Assembly: GCA_017629735.1 (NCBI GenBank)
Contig: JAGBWQ010000030.1
Location: forward strand, 1 to 34,331
Direction of reading: 5' to 3'
DNA length: 34,331 nt
Origin: Kiritimatiellia bacterium
GTDB taxonomy: Bacteria; Verrucomicrobiota; Kiritimatiellia; RFP12; UBA1067
The number at the start of each line of letters is the position of its first letter. Position 1 is the first letter of the stretch. The translations under genes and the position numbers were made by a program. The notes under the pieces were generated by a model. It did no database searches. It saw nothing but the letters and a program-made list of their open reading frames with translations, and had not been told where the DNA came from. Positions 17,658 to 26,189 of the stretch are shown here, one piece after another.

Positions 17658-18899
17658 TTAAAACCTCAACACGAAATAATTCTTCTTGCCTGCACGCAAG
17701 ACAGCAACGCCATCGCGTACATCATCTTCGGAGAAGATTCTTTCTGGAGGTGCCTTCGTGTCGTTGAGGGAAAGACCGCCCTGCTGCGACATGCGCCTTG
17801 CCTCACCATTGGACTTGAACATCCCAGCTGCCGCGGCAACTGCAAAGACGCTCTTACCCACACATTCAGAAAGGACAACATTCGCGCTTGGAACATTCTC
17901 GGCCTTCGCCACATCGGAAGCAGTCTTCTTGGCATAAAGAGCCTCAGTTGCCTCCTGTGCCTTCTTAAGGCCCTCTGCACCATGCACAAGAAGAGTTACT
18001 TCTTCCGCAAGCGCCTTCTGAGGAATTCTCGCCTCGGGGTTTTCCTTCATAGCGGCCTCAAGAGAAGCAATCTCATCAAGAGACTTCATCGAGAAAACCT
18101 TAAGATACCTGATAGCATCAGCATCAGGCGTACGAAGGAAGTACTGATACCAATCGAAAACAGATGTCATCGACGCATCAAGGTACAAAGCATTACCTTC
18201 GCTCTTGCCAAATTTACGCCCAGCCGAATCAAGAAGAAGCGGGAATGTAAGACCAAAAACAGACTTGCCCCTCATGCGATGGACAAGGTCTGTTCCTGCT
18301 GTGATATTACCCCACTGATCGGCGCCTCCGACTTCCATCGTGCAACCAAACTTATCGTAGAGATGGAGGAAGTCGTTGCCTTGAAGGATCTGATAGGAGA
18401 ACTCTGTAAAAGTAAGCGCACCATCGCTAGCCTCAAGACGCTTTTTGACAGACTCCTTAGCGAGCATCTGAGGAACGCGGAAGTTAACCGCAATATCACG
18501 GAGAAACTCAATCGCCGAAGTATTGCGATACCACTCGTAATTGTCTACGAGAACGGCCGCATTAGGACCGTCGAAATCGAGTATTCGCGAAAGATTCTCG
18601 CGAATACCCTTCTTGTTCTCTTCGACCTGTTCGACCGTAAGCATATTGCGCTCGGCCGACTTGCCAGACGGGTCGCCTATAAGCCCTGTCGCTCCGCCTA
18701 CAAGAGCAATAACCTTATGCCCCGCAAGCTGGAAGCGGCGCAAAACCATTATAGAAACAAGGTTGCCCGCCTGCAGCGATTTCGCGCTTGGATCAAACCC
18801 GCAATAAACAGTGGTGGGCTTGTCGAGAGCCTTCTCTACCTCCTGATCGGTGAGCGCCTCGACAAGTCCGCGTGCCTTAAGTTCTTCTATCAGATTCAT
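17658..18899 (-). CDS. tyrS: Tyrosine--tRNA ligase
   Basis: YCGFDPSA.SLQAGN (HIGH-equivalent), GGATGLIGDPSG, FTEFSYQILQGNDF, GGADQWGNI, KFGKS, C-terminal S4 domain. Confidence 0.97.
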   Translation of the reverse strand: MNLIEELKARGLVEALTDQEVEKALDKPTTVYCGFDPSAKSLQAGNLVSIMVLRRFQLAGHKVIALVGGATGLIGDPSGKSAERNMLTVEQVEENKKGIRENLSRILDFDGPNAAVLVDNYEWYRNTSAIEFLRDIAVNFRVPQMLAKESVKKRLEASDGALTFTEFSYQILQGNDFLHLYDKFGCTMEVGGADQWGNITAGTDLVHRMRGKSVFGLTFPLLLDSAGRKFGKSEGNALYLDASMTSVFDWYQYFLRTPDADAIRYLKVFSMKSLDEIASLEAAMKENPEARIPQKALAEEVTLLVHGAEGLKKAQEATEALYAKKTASDVAKAENVPSANVVLSECVGKSVFAVAAAAGMFKSNGEARRMSQQGGLSLNDTKAPPERIFSEDDVRDGVAVLRAGKKNYFVLRF

Positions 18900-18907
18900 T
18901 GCTATGT

Positions 18908-18916
18908 ATTATATCA
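18908..18916 (-). promoter_or_regulatory. Extended -10 (TGaTATAAT) 8 nt upstream of the tyrS ATG; its TGA is the stop codon of the upstream GH2 gene
   Basis: Minus strand aaaTGATATAATacatagcaATG. Confidence 0.7.
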
Positions 18917-21900
18917 TTTATTAGCATTAAGAGGCGTGATCGACGTCGTCCAAGAGACGGGGGCCTTGGGATCAAAAAGGTACTTGTTGAGAGGCCCAGG
19001 ACCGCAGCTTGCGCCGCCAAGACCGACCTGCCTTACATCAAGGTTGAGGTAGATTTCCTTCTGCATTTCAACAGGCGTACGATAGCGCTTCTGTCCGCTA
19101 CGCTGACGCGACATATCAAGCTGCTCCCAGTTGCAGTGAAGTGCCTGGACGAACATCGGCTCGGACGATGCAAAGCGCACGCCGCGCCCAGCCTTGTCCT
19201 TAAAATCGACATAACGCACATCTGCCTTGTAGCCGTTATCCTGCGGCCTTACATAAAACTCGAACTGCTCGGTGACAGTAGACTCCCAAAGAGCAATAAA
19301 CGAACCGGAGCAGCGGTCAATGTAGTTCTCACGCGGGCCGCGTCCGTAATAAGCCATGCGCTCAAGGGCGGGGTCAAGAATGAGAGAAAGACCGATACGC
19401 GGAATGTGCGAGGGGAAGTCGCCATGCGGAATAGACTTATTCTCGATGGAGATGTTTCCGTCGGCAGAGAAGCTCCAAATGGCCTCGTGCGTGAAACCAG
19501 CGGATTTTGCTCCCGTAACTTCTACAACAGTCTTGACCTTACCATTTTCAACCTTAATCGGGCGAGCATGATAGGAAATCTGCGAAAGACCCTTAGAGAA
19601 GAATCCGCCATGCTTGCGGTTTTCGCCCCAAGCGGATCCGTCGCGCATCCAGCGATCGTTGTCTGTGAATGCACGGGCGCATGTTAGACGAGGACCTGCC
19701 GCAAGACCAGGGGCGATATCGCGAAGAATAGTCCTGCCATCCATTTCAAGGGACGAGAGCGTGCCAGTCTTTCTGCAGAAGATAGCCTTTGTGCTACCTG
19801 CAACGACTGTAACTGTCTTTTCGTCCTGAGTTATCGCAGGAGCAAACTCCGTCTTAACCGCGAGGAAGCTCTTCGCAACACCCTTGCCGAGAGCTATCTG
19901 GTTGCGCGAAACAGCCCAGCCCTTCTTTGCCCACCGGCAATCTGCCTTGGTAAGGAATTCAACTTCAAGGAACACTTCCGCGTCTGCCGGCGTGCGCGAA
20001 AGCGCCTCAGCAAGACCAGGGATGGTGAACCTGCAACGGCTGAGCGGCTGAACAGCGGGAGATTCAAATGCACCTGCGGCGCACTCCTTGCCGTCTGCGC
20101 GAAGACGCCACACACCGTCGAAAGCATCTGCACATGTGAAGCAGAACCTGTTCCAAAGCTCAAGCACAACGGCTCTAGGATTATCCTTCTCGTCTTCCGA
20201 GCGCGTAACGACAAGATTGCGGTAAACATGAGCAACTTCGATAAGCTTGGCGCTCACATTGCGGAAAGGATCGACGACGCCATTGCAGCAGAAAGGTCCG
20301 TCGTTCGGCTCTTCGTCCCAATCGCCGCCGTAGGCCAAGAAGCGCTCAGCCTTGCCAGTCGCAGGATCTACAAGACCTGTTTTCTTCCAAATAGCCTGAT
20401 CGACCCAGTCCCAAATGCAACCGCCGGAAAGTGCAGGATACTCATAGAATACATCCCAATATTCCTGAAGGTTGCCGATCGCATTGCCCATCGCGTGGGC
20501 ATACTCGCAAAGGAAGAAAGGTTTGCCAGGAGTCTGAGCGTACTTGTCCTTATTCTCCTTGCCCTTGGCCGGTGGCTTGTCGTTTCCGATCTTGCCGCGC
20601 CAAATAAGCCAGTCTACAAAAGGATACATGTGCGAGTCGACATCGGCATCGCCATTGCCGCGCTCCCAGTGGATTGGACGCGTAGGATCGACAGCGCGAA
20701 CTTTATCTGCGGCGCGGCAGAAGCCCTCGCCATGGCCAGTCTCGTTGCCAAGCGACCAAAGCGTGACAGAAACATTGCCGCGGTAGAAAATAGCATTGCG
20801 CTCATTGCGCTCGACAATAGACGAGAACCATGTCTCATGGAGGCCAAGACCGTCTTGATCGTAGCCAGGCTCGTGCGCCTCAACATTTGCCTCGGCGCAA
20901 ACATAGATACCATAAAGGTCACAAAGATCATACCAGAGGTGATGGTTCGGGTAGTGGCTTGTGCGGACTGTATTGATGTTGTACTTCTTGAAAAGTTCAA
21001 TATCGGTAATCATGTCCGAAAGCGAAACGGTGCGGCCATTTTCAACATTGCACTCGTGGCGGTTTACGCCTTTGAACTTAACAGCCTTGCCGTTTACATA
21101 GAAAGTATTACCAACGATCTTCTGCTCCTTGAAGCCAACCTTCTTTGTGCGGATATCGCCGCCCTTCTTGAGGATAAGCGTGTAAAGGTAAGGATCTTCA
21201 GCAGACCAGAGGCGAACATTCTTCACCTCAAAGGCGACAGGCCCTGCCGTGAATGCGCCAACGAGCGCACCATTAGCATCGTAAAGACGAGCCTCGGCGC
21301 CATCGCAACCTGCAACGGAGATAAGCGCATTCTTGTAATCGTCCTTAAGTTCCGTCTTGGCGTGGAAATCCCAGATACCGCCCTTAGGCATCGACCAAAG
21401 CGTCACATCACGGAAGATGCCGGAGAATCTGTACATATCCTGGTCTTCGAGGAAGCTACCATCAGACCAACGGAACACCTCGACTGCCAGCACATTTGGA
21501 CGCGCGGCATCGGTGTTGAGGTAAGCGGTGATATCAAATTCGCTCGGAAGCTTGGAGTCTTCCGCATAGCCAACCTTCACGCCGTTCACCCAAACATAGT
21601 AGGCCGAATATACACCGTCAAAGCGGAGGATTACATCGCGCCCCTTCCAATCGGCGGGAACGGTGAATGTCGTGCGATAGCTCGACACGGGATTGTAATT
21701 CGCCTTGCCCGTATCGCGGTCGCGAATGGTGGGGTTTTTAATATCGCGCTTCGGTTCCCACGCATGCGGATAGCGCGTATTGACATACCCCGGCGTGCCG
21801 AAACCGCGCATTTCAACGCAGCTGGGCACATCGATCGTGAACCAGTCAGAATCGTCGAAGCCATTCTCCCAAAAGCCCTTCACGCGAAGCGCGGGATCGC

Positions 21901-22114
21901 CAGCCCACGAAATTTTCCATGTGCCATTAAGCGATTTAACATAAGGCGTTTCCGGCTGAAGCGCCGATCCCATTGCCGCGCTTTCGCTCGCAAGAGGCAT
22001 GGAATATGTGCGTGCAGGCAACCTACCTGAAGAATTGACCGCAGGGTTCTCCCAGTCGGGTGCTGTAGCGGAAGAAACCGCTACCGCCGCAGCGGCTAGA
22101 ATTGCTATGTTCAT
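18914..22114 (-). CDS. Glycoside hydrolase family 2 beta-galactosidase (LacZ-type), exported
   Basis: Signal peptide; DWENP, LRFDGVYSAYYVWVNG, SFLEDQDMYRFSGIFRDV, KGVNRHE, VRTSHYP, WSLGNE (acid/base), CEYAHAMGN (nucleophile), WDWVDQ, YYGRGPRENY.DR small-chain domain. Confidence 0.95.
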   Translation of the reverse strand: MNIAILAAAAVAVSSATAPDWENPAVNSSGRLPARTYSMPLASESAAMGSALQPETPYVKSLNGTWKISWAGDPALRVKGFWENGFDDSDWFTIDVPSCVEMRGFGTPGYVNTRYPHAWEPKRDIKNPTIRDRDTGKANYNPVSSYRTTFTVPADWKGRDVILRFDGVYSAYYVWVNGVKVGYAEDSKLPSEFDITAYLNTDAARPNVLAVEVFRWSDGSFLEDQDMYRFSGIFRDVTLWSMPKGGIWDFHAKTELKDDYKNALISVAGCDGAEARLYDANGALVGAFTAGPVAFEVKNVRLWSAEDPYLYTLILKKGGDIRTKKVGFKEQKIVGNTFYVNGKAVKFKGVNRHECNVENGRTVSLSDMITDIELFKKYNINTVRTSHYPNHHLWYDLCDLYGIYVCAEANVEAHEPGYDQDGLGLHETWFSSIVERNERNAIFYRGNVSVTLWSLGNETGHGEGFCRAADKVRAVDPTRPIHWERGNGDADVDSHMYPFVDWLIWRGKIGNDKPPAKGKENKDKYAQTPGKPFFLCEYAHAMGNAIGNLQEYWDVFYEYPALSGGCIWDWVDQAIWKKTGLVDPATGKAERFLAYGGDWDEEPNDGPFCCNGVVDPFRNVSAKLIEVAHVYRNLVVTRSEDEKDNPRAVVLELWNRFCFTCADAFDGVWRLRADGKECAAGAFESPAVQPLSRCRFTIPGLAEALSRTPADAEVFLEVEFLTKADCRWAKKGWAVSRNQIALGKGVAKSFLAVKTEFAPAITQDEKTVTVVAGSTKAIFCRKTGTLSSLEMDGRTILRDIAPGLAAGPRLTCARAFTDNDRWMRDGSAWGENRKHGGFFSKGLSQISYHARPIKVENGKVKTVVEVTGAKSAGFTHEAIWSFSADGNISIENKSIPHGDFPSHIPRIGLSLILDPALERMAYYGRGPRENYIDRCSGSFIALWESTVTEQFEFYVRPQDNGYKADVRYVDFKDKAGRGVRFASSEPMFVQALHCNWEQLDMSRQRSGQKRYRTPVEMQKEIYLNLDVRQVGLGGASCGPGPLNKYLFDPKAPVSWTTSITPLNANK

Positions 22115-22119
22115 CTCTA

Positions 22120-22827
22120 CTATTCTCCTTTAGTTTTTGAATAAATGTACGAAACTGTTGCTGAAAAAGCGTGCCACACGCCTACGTATGCGCCTGAAAT
22201 GCGCTCTACGAATGACGATGCCATGGAGCTAAATGTGTATGGCGTTGCGCAAGCAAGCCATACAAGCACAATCGCAACGTTTGCAATGAATATAATGCTC
22301 CATGAAAAAATTCTTCCATAAATTTTTACATCAGGCTGGCGTTCACAAAGCGTCTGAATGGTGAAAAGAACATGAAATGCCCATGTAAAACCTATAAGGA
22401 ACATCCAAAGAGGAAGATAAGGCAAAGGCCGCAAGAATGCGTATGTGATAAGAGCGACAACGATAACGATGAAAGTGTAGAATGGGAAGAAATACGGAGC
22501 AAGCGTTATTACGACATTAGTCTTAGTGAGCCTTACGCTACCTCCAGTGGGCCCCACTTTAATATCACTTGGGCGCGCACCAAAAAGAAGCCCCCAGAGC
22601 GCGTGAGTTAATTCGTGCCCAAGAACATAAGCCCTTACAGGACGAGAGATTGCAGCCCAGCATAGCGAAAAAGCAGCGATTCCGCCAAGAAGAGCTACAA
22701 CTTCTGCACTAAAGCCTTCGACTGCGCCAGCTTCTGCCACGGCGTCGAGAAAGACGCGCAGAAAAGCCCAGCACAAGGGCAAAAGACATAAGCCAAGCAA
22801 AAGTCTCAAAAAAGCGGCCATCTTCAA
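22120..22827 (-). CDS. Membrane metalloprotease-like protein (M50/M50B-like, HExxH)
   Basis: Several TM helices; GHELTHALWGLLFG; ITLAPYFFP; downstream conserved-looking QPD. Confidence 0.75.
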   Translation of the reverse strand: MKMAAFLRLLLGLCLLPLCWAFLRVFLDAVAEAGAVEGFSAEVVALLGGIAAFSLCWAAISRPVRAYVLGHELTHALWGLLFGARPSDIKVGPTGGSVRLTKTNVVITLAPYFFPFYTFIVIVVALITYAFLRPLPYLPLWMFLIGFTWAFHVLFTIQTLCERQPDVKIYGRIFSWSIIFIANVAIVLVWLACATPYTFSSMASSFVERISGAYVGVWHAFSATVSYIYSKTKGE

Positions 22828-23111
22828 TCTTCAAAAATGAACACTAATTCCCCAGGAAACACACGGCGGTTCTGCCTAGCAATTGATTCAACAAAATCCG
22901 GATCAGAGCGAAATCTACGCTGATTTTCAGAAAGTTTAGCAATCTGCCGCTGTTTTGCTTCAATCTGAGCTCTAAGCTCCATATCGCGCTGAAGCAAAGT
23001 ACGCCTCCTATTGTAGGTGGGTAAAGCAAACAGAGAACCACCCACCACAATGACAGCCACAAGCGCCATAGTGAAGAAAAGCATGCAACGATTCTTAAAA
23101 CCCTCTTTCAT
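22824..23111 (-). CDS. Septum formation initiator family protein (FtsB/DivIC)
   Basis: Short cytoplasmic tail, single TM, coiled coil, SDPDFVESIARQ...PGELVF. Confidence 0.85.
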   Translation of the reverse strand: MKEGFKNRCMLFFTMALVAVIVVGGSLFALPTYNRRRTLLQRDMELRAQIEAKQRQIAKLSENQRRFRSDPDFVESIARQNRRVFPGELVFIFED

Positions 23112-23119
23112 AACCTTGC

Positions 23120-23128
23120 ATTATATCA
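23120..23128 (-). promoter_or_regulatory. Extended -10 (TGaTATAAT) 8 nt upstream of ATG 23111; predicted leaderless promoter
   Basis: Minus strand tttTGaTATAATgcaaggttATG. Confidence 0.65.
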
Positions 23129-23147
23129 AAAATTCTTCATCCAATCA

Positions 23148-23177
23148 TTGACATTTGCCAAAAATTTGAGATACTAT
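23148..23177 (+). promoter_or_regulatory. Sigma70-type promoter (TTGACA-N18-TACTAT) for the CBM48 gene
   Basis: Consensus TTGACA at 23148-23153, TACTAT at 23172-23177; SD-like gaaagg before ATG 23251. Confidence 0.6.
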
Positions 23178-23250
23178 GTAATAATTCTTGCCGCAAAAGG
23201 CCAATTCGAGATGAATTTTCGAGTAGCCTAAAGGTGAAAGGCAATCAAAG

Positions 23251-23613
23251 ATGAAAATCAAAACTACTAAGAAGTGCGCGGCAAAGACCGTTGCGAAAAA
23301 GAAATCCACCAGCGGGAAATGCGCGGCAAAGAAGACCGTCGCAGCCAAGAAGCCTGCAGGAAAGAGCGTAATGTTCACTGTCCATGCAGAAAAAGGCAAG
23401 GCTGTCTATCTCGCTGGAGACTTCAACGAGTGGAATCCTAAGGCCAAGAAGATGACCTTCAAGGCTGGTGTCTACTCCGCAAGTGTCAAGCTTGTTCCTG
23501 GAGAATACCAGTACAAGTTCATCGTTGACGGGATCTGGTGCGCCGACCCGGAGAACACAAACTCCGTGCCGAACGATCAGGGCACATTCAACTCTGTAAT
23601 CACCGTAAAGTAA
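23251..23613 (+). CDS. Lys/Ala-rich histone-like N-terminal tail fused to a CBM48 (AMPK-beta/isoamylase early-set) glycogen-binding domain
   Basis: N-terminal about 37 aa KTTKKCAAKTVAKKKSTSGKCAAKKTVAAKKPAGK; then VYLAGDFNEW, LVPGEYQYKFIVDGIWCADP, GTFNSVITV. Confidence 0.88.
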   Translation: MKIKTTKKCAAKTVAKKKSTSGKCAAKKTVAAKKPAGKSVMFTVHAEKGKAVYLAGDFNEWNPKAKKMTFKAGVYSASVKLVPGEYQYKFIVDGIWCADPENTNSVPNDQGTFNSVITVK

Positions 23614-23626
23614 CGCTACTCGCCGA

Positions 23627-24469
23627 TTAGGCGAAGATAGCGCGACAATAGATGCCGCTCGGGCAGGGAAGAGAATTCCCCTCGAGCAGCATCTCTCCTT
23701 TTTCTACGCTCGCTCCAGGGAATAACTGAGAGATAATGTTGCCTGCAACAATCGGCGAAAGCCCTGGCGTGTGCGAAGAGAAAAGAACAAAAAGCGGCTT
23801 ATCTGAAAGAAGCTCTTTAACGAGAGAGAGAGTCTCCTTCACGTCTCTTTCAATTTTGTACATCTCCCCACCTGCTCCGCGGCCAAAGCTGGGCGGGTCG
23901 AGAACAATTGCGTCGTAGCGACGACCGCGGCGGATTTCTCTCTTCATAAATTTGTGGGCATCGTCCACAATCCATCTAATCGGACGCTCGGCAAGGCCAT
24001 TTAGCTTGGCATTTGAACGCGCCCACTCCACCATTCCGCGAGACGCATCGAGATGACAGACATCTCCACCGCCAAGAGCTGCCGCCATCGTGGAGCCCCC
24101 GGAATAAGCAAAGAGATTGAGAAGCGTAGGGGCATCACCGCGAGACGAGGCTGCCTCTGAAATTTTAGAGCGGATCCACTTCCACTGTGCACGCTGCTCA
24201 GGAAATATCCCAAGATGCCCGAAATCAGTTCCTCCAAGACGGAACTTTACACCAGCAGTCTCAATCGTCCACTCCTTCGGAAGATTCGCTCGATCGTGCC
24301 AACGATTTCCGTCCTCGCGATCGAACGACGCATCGGCGCGGCGCCACACATCGCCTCCAAGAGTCGGTCTCCACATTGCCTGCGAACACGGGCGTGCAAG
24401 CAGATATCGCCCAAAGCGTTCAAGTTTCTTTCCGTCTCCACTGTCGACAAGTTCGTAATCATCTTTCAT
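23627..24469 (-). CDS. Class I SAM-dependent methyltransferase (RlmI/RlmK-related, COG1092-like)
   Basis: DYELVDSGDGKKLERFG, HLGIFPEQ, LNLFAYSGGST, HLDAS, YDAIVLDPPSFGRG. Start at ATG 24469 with SD aggtg/aaggtg upstream; the longer ORF overlaps the upstream gene. Confidence 0.88.
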   Translation of the reverse strand: MKDDYELVDSGDGKKLERFGRYLLARPCSQAMWRPTLGGDVWRRADASFDREDGNRWHDRANLPKEWTIETAGVKFRLGGTDFGHLGIFPEQRAQWKWIRSKISEAASSRGDAPTLLNLFAYSGGSTMAAALGGGDVCHLDASRGMVEWARSNAKLNGLAERPIRWIVDDAHKFMKREIRRGRRYDAIVLDPPSFGRGAGGEMYKIERDVKETLSLVKELLSDKPLFVLFSSHTPGLSPIVAGNIISQLFPGASVEKGEMLLEGNSLPCPSGIYCRAIFA

Positions 24470-24479
24470 CGCAACACCT

Positions 24480-26189
24480 TCACCTTCCCTCATTCGCATT
24501 GTCAAAATCGACTGTCTCAGGAACATTCGGTAAACAACCGCCTGTGCTGATGGCACTAAAAAGCTCTTCTGCCTTATCCATATCGTACCACCAGTACGAA
24601 AGCGCAGCCTCCTCCCTTCCAAGGCGAGAAAGAACAGCTGGTGGAGTACCAAATTTATTCCAATAAAGAAGCCGCGTAGAATCGGTCTGCCAAAGAAGCA
24701 CATAAGGAACAGCTGCTGCGATTCTGGCATCCATCTGCCTATACGCTTCAGTTCGCTCGTCCATGGACGACATCTTCTTCTCATCATCAATGAGCTTGTC
24801 TACTACAGGATCGCTAAAGCCTGTAATATTGTTCGACCCCTTGCGCACTGCCTCACGGCTCGACCAAGAAAGCTCTGGATATTTAACGCGCCCCGCGCCC
24901 CACGCCGCCCATGTCATATCAAAGTTAAAATCGTCCATATCGCGCATCCATGCTGCGAAATCCTTGCGCACAATTTCCATCTTCACACCACATTCAGCAA
25001 GCGCATGCGAAAAGAGCGAAAGGAATTTATCTTCCGTTGAACTGCGCGAAAGAAATGTGAAAGAAAATCCGTTAGCGTAGCCGGCCTTGCGCAGGAGCTC
25101 CTTCGCGCCCTTAACATCGTACTTCCAAACAGTATTCGTGCATGGGTGCTTGGAATCATAGAGGTCTTGCCAATAAGAGCTGAGAAGGAAATATGCGCCA
25201 TTCATCATTGTGCGATTCATCGTCTCCCTATCGACGAGTTTAGCCATAGCCTGCCTCACCTCAAGCTTATTGAAAGGCGCTCGGCGCATATTCATTGCAA
25301 ACCCCTGGAATCCAATTGGCGCATGATTTTTGACGCGCCTTTTAAGCGTCAAATTACGCCCGAAAATCTCAGAGCGAGTACCTTCGGCGTAGATGCGCGC
25401 CGTATATACAGGATATAGATCGATCTTTCGCTTCTTAAATGCTTCAAACGCATTTTCATTATCTGCAAAATAGCGCACAACAACTTTATCAAAGTTGCAA
25501 GTTCCGCGGCAAGAAGGCAAATCCTGTCTCCACCACCGACCATGGCGCGTCAGCTCCGTTTCTATCTGCTCGGCGACACGCGAAATAAAATACGGCCCAC
25601 CTGAAACGGCATTGGCAAATTCAAGTTTATTGAAATCCTTCCCTTCAAATGCGTGGCGCGGCAAAATCCAAAATGTTGAGCAGTTGAGAATATCGCGCCA
25701 ATCGCTACCGCTACTCCCCTTCTTCTTAAAGCGAACCGTAAGATCATCTACAACGATAGGACTTTCAAAGAAAGCAAGCGTTGGCTTCCACGGCCCTGTA
25801 TCACTCGCAGGATCAAGGACAGTATCAAACGTCCACTTTACATCGTGCGCCGTGACACTTTTCCCGTCCGACCATTTTGCACGCGGATCAATTTCAAAGA
25901 CAAACTCGTTTCCATCTCTTGAAACAGCCCAGCGTCTTGCGAGCGCAGGCACAAGCTCGCCTGTCTGAGAATCAACACCAAGGAGTCTATCGTACATCAT
26001 ATCGAAGAGCATCGATGTGTACGCATTATTGTCGGTGTATGCGTTGAAACTCTTTGGTGGCTGCGCTCCATTCAAGCGCATCACACCGCCACGACGGGCA
26101 TAAGGCGATGCAGAAGGATCGGGCTTTTCCGTCCATCCTGCGGATGGATACCAGATAAGCGAAGCAAGCAGAATACTTGCGAAAGGCAT
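24480..26189 (-). CDS. ABC transporter family-5 extracellular solute-binding protein (YejA/OppA-like)
   Basis: RRGG..., PKSFN, LVPALARRW, AKWSDGKSVTAHDVKWTF, SGGPY, FAMNMRRAPF...VRQAM, DFNFDM, WWYD. ATG 26189 overlaps the upstream TAA (TAATG). Confidence 0.92.
   Translation of the reverse strand: MPFASILLASLIWYPSAGWTEKPDPSASPYARRGGVMRLNGAQPPKSFNAYTDNNAYTSMLFDMMYDRLLGVDSQTGELVPALARRWAVSRDGNEFVFEIDPRAKWSDGKSVTAHDVKWTFDTVLDPASDTGPWKPTLAFFESPIVVDDLTVRFKKKGSSGSDWRDILNCSTFWILPRHAFEGKDFNKLEFANAVSGGPYFISRVAEQIETELTRHGRWWRQDLPSCRGTCNFDKVVVRYFADNENAFEAFKKRKIDLYPVYTARIYAEGTRSEIFGRNLTLKRRVKNHAPIGFQGFAMNMRRAPFNKLEVRQAMAKLVDRETMNRTMMNGAYFLLSSYWQDLYDSKHPCTNTVWKYDVKGAKELLRKAGYANGFSFTFLSRSSTEDKFLSLFSHALAECGVKMEIVRKDFAAWMRDMDDFNFDMTWAAWGAGRVKYPELSWSSREAVRKGSNNITGFSDPVVDKLIDDEKKMSSMDERTEAYRQMDARIAAAVPYVLLWQTDSTRLLYWNKFGTPPAVLSRLGREEAALSYWWYDMDKAEELFSAISTGGCLPNVPETVDFDNANEGR

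Noticed and set aside
17982-19687. Plus-strand ORFs of 356 and 262 aa
   Set aside because: Antisense to tyrS and GH2; no protein-family features.
20228-22030. 600-aa plus-strand ORF
   Set aside because: Entirely antisense to the GH2 gene; no recognisable motifs; explained by codon bias leaving the opposite frame open.
23620-23634. Small hairpin tcgcc-gatta-ggcga between convergent genes as an intrinsic terminator
   Set aside because: Only a 5-bp stem, no U-tract on either strand, and it overlaps the methyltransferase stop.
24470-24790. Long N-terminal extension of the methyltransferase ORF (similar extensions for tgt, MBL hydrolase, plsC-like, batB-like, arfB-like)
   Set aside because: Extensions overlap neighbouring genes or promoters; family homology and SD/-10 signals support the downstream starts.
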